From Stegostoma tigrinum (Eukaryota): a stretch of DNA of 64,000 nucleotides. Position numbers and translations under genes: made by a program. Numbering within the stretch: the first letter of the stretch is position 1; every line of letters starts with the position of its first letter. Positions 62,864 to 64,000 of this stretch are shown piece by piece. The stretch spans positions 64,392,321-64,456,320 of the forward strand of contig NC_081354.1 of assembly GCF_030684315.1 (NCBI RefSeq). The letters run 5' to 3'. The notes under the pieces were generated by a model. It saw nothing but the letters and a program-made list of their open reading frames with translations. It was not told where the DNA came from and did not search any database.

Positions 62864-64000
62864 TTCGCCTCCACGCTTACTTCTTTAACTGGGAGCCTAA
62901 CTCTCACTCCACTGACCCCTTCGCCCGCCTCCAACACAAGTCCCCTTCCTGGACACCACCCCCAGGCCTCCTACCCTCCCTCAACCTCTTCATCTCCAAC
63001 TGCCATCGAGACACTAACTGCCTCAACCTCTCCACCCCTCTCACCCACTTGAAACTCTCCCCCTCAGAACGGGCAGCCCTCCGCTCCAACCCCAACCTCA
63101 CCATCAAACCCGCAGACATGGGTGGCGCAGTGGTAGTATGGCGCATTGACCTCTACATCGCCGAGGCCAAATGCCAACTCTCCGACACCACCTCCTACCG
63201 CCCCCTTGATCATGACCCCACCCCCGAACACCAAACCATCATCTCCAATACCATCCATGACCTCATCACCTCAGGGAACCTCCCACCCACAGCCTCCAAC
63301 CTCATTGTTCCCCAACCCCACACGGTCCGTTTCTATCTCCTTCCCAAAATCCACAAACCTGCCTGCCCTGGTCGACCCATTGTCTCAGCCTGTTCCTGCC
63401 CCACCGAACTCATCCCCACCTATCGGGACTCCATTTTCTCCCCTTTGGTCCAGGAACTCCCTACCTACATCTGTGAAACCACCCACCTCCTCCAGAACTT
63501 CCAATTCCCTGGCCCCCAACACCTCATTTCACCATGGACGTGCAGTCCCTATACACCTGTATTCCTCATGCAGATGGCCTCAAGGCCCTCCGCTTCTTCC
63601 TGTTCCGCAGGCCCGACCAGTCCCCCTCCACCGACCCCCTCATCCGCCTAGCTGAACTCGTCCTCACCCTCAACAACTTCTCTTTCGATTCCTCCCACTT
63701 CCTACAGACAGAGGGGGTGGTCATGGGTACCCGCATGGGTCCAAGCTATGCCTGCCTCTTTGTAGGTTACGTGGAACAGTCCCTCTTCCGCACCTACATA
63801 GGCCCCAAACCCCACCTCTTCCTCCGTTACATTGATGACTGTATCAGCGCCGCCTCTTGCTCCCCAGAGGAGCTGTTCATCCACTTCACCAACACCTTCC
63901 ACCCCAACCTCAAGTTCACCTGGGCCATCTCCAACACATCGCTCACCTTCCTGGACCTCTCGGTCTCCATCTCAGGTAACCAGCTAGAAACTGATGTCCA
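62864..64000 (+). mobile_element. 5'-truncated second copy of the same Penelope-like element (RT region), running off the window
   Basis: Colinear and highly similar to ~37301-38462. Encodes IKPADMGG, FYLLPKIHKPACPGRPIVS and YIDD, with several small deletions and frameshifts. Confidence 0.95.

Noticed and set aside
50355-64000. Expected next ANK2 exon (NGFTPLYMAAQENH...)
   Set aside because: Not found by eye; it presumably lies beyond the window end.

Overview
Vertebrate genomic DNA, AT-rich and dense in repeats. The repeat content (HE1-like tRNA-derived SINEs, CR1-group LINE 3' ends, C-rich Penelope-like elements) points to a cartilaginous fish, probably a shark (inference). The window is mostly intron of a + strand ankyrin-2 (ANK2/ankyrin-B) gene. 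Three phase-0 ankyrin-repeat exons are visible (41638-41739, 47184-47282, 50256-50354), and the last ends in a GC donor. No confident first exon or next exon was found. The most notable system is a Penelope-like (Neptune-type, RT + GIY-YIG) retroelement family. It includes a near-full-length copy with a perfect 16-bp TSD (36170-39830) whose 3' end carries a minimal hammerhead-ribozyme-like motif, a second 5'-truncated copy (62864-64000), and five short non-coding derivatives of the 3' end. Four derivatives are fold-back hairpins, and in two derivatives the fold or truncation point lies at the hammerhead stem-II loop. A decayed second hammerhead-like tail sits between two 81-bp inverted repeats (25426-27054). 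Boundaries of old repeats were read by eye and are approximate.
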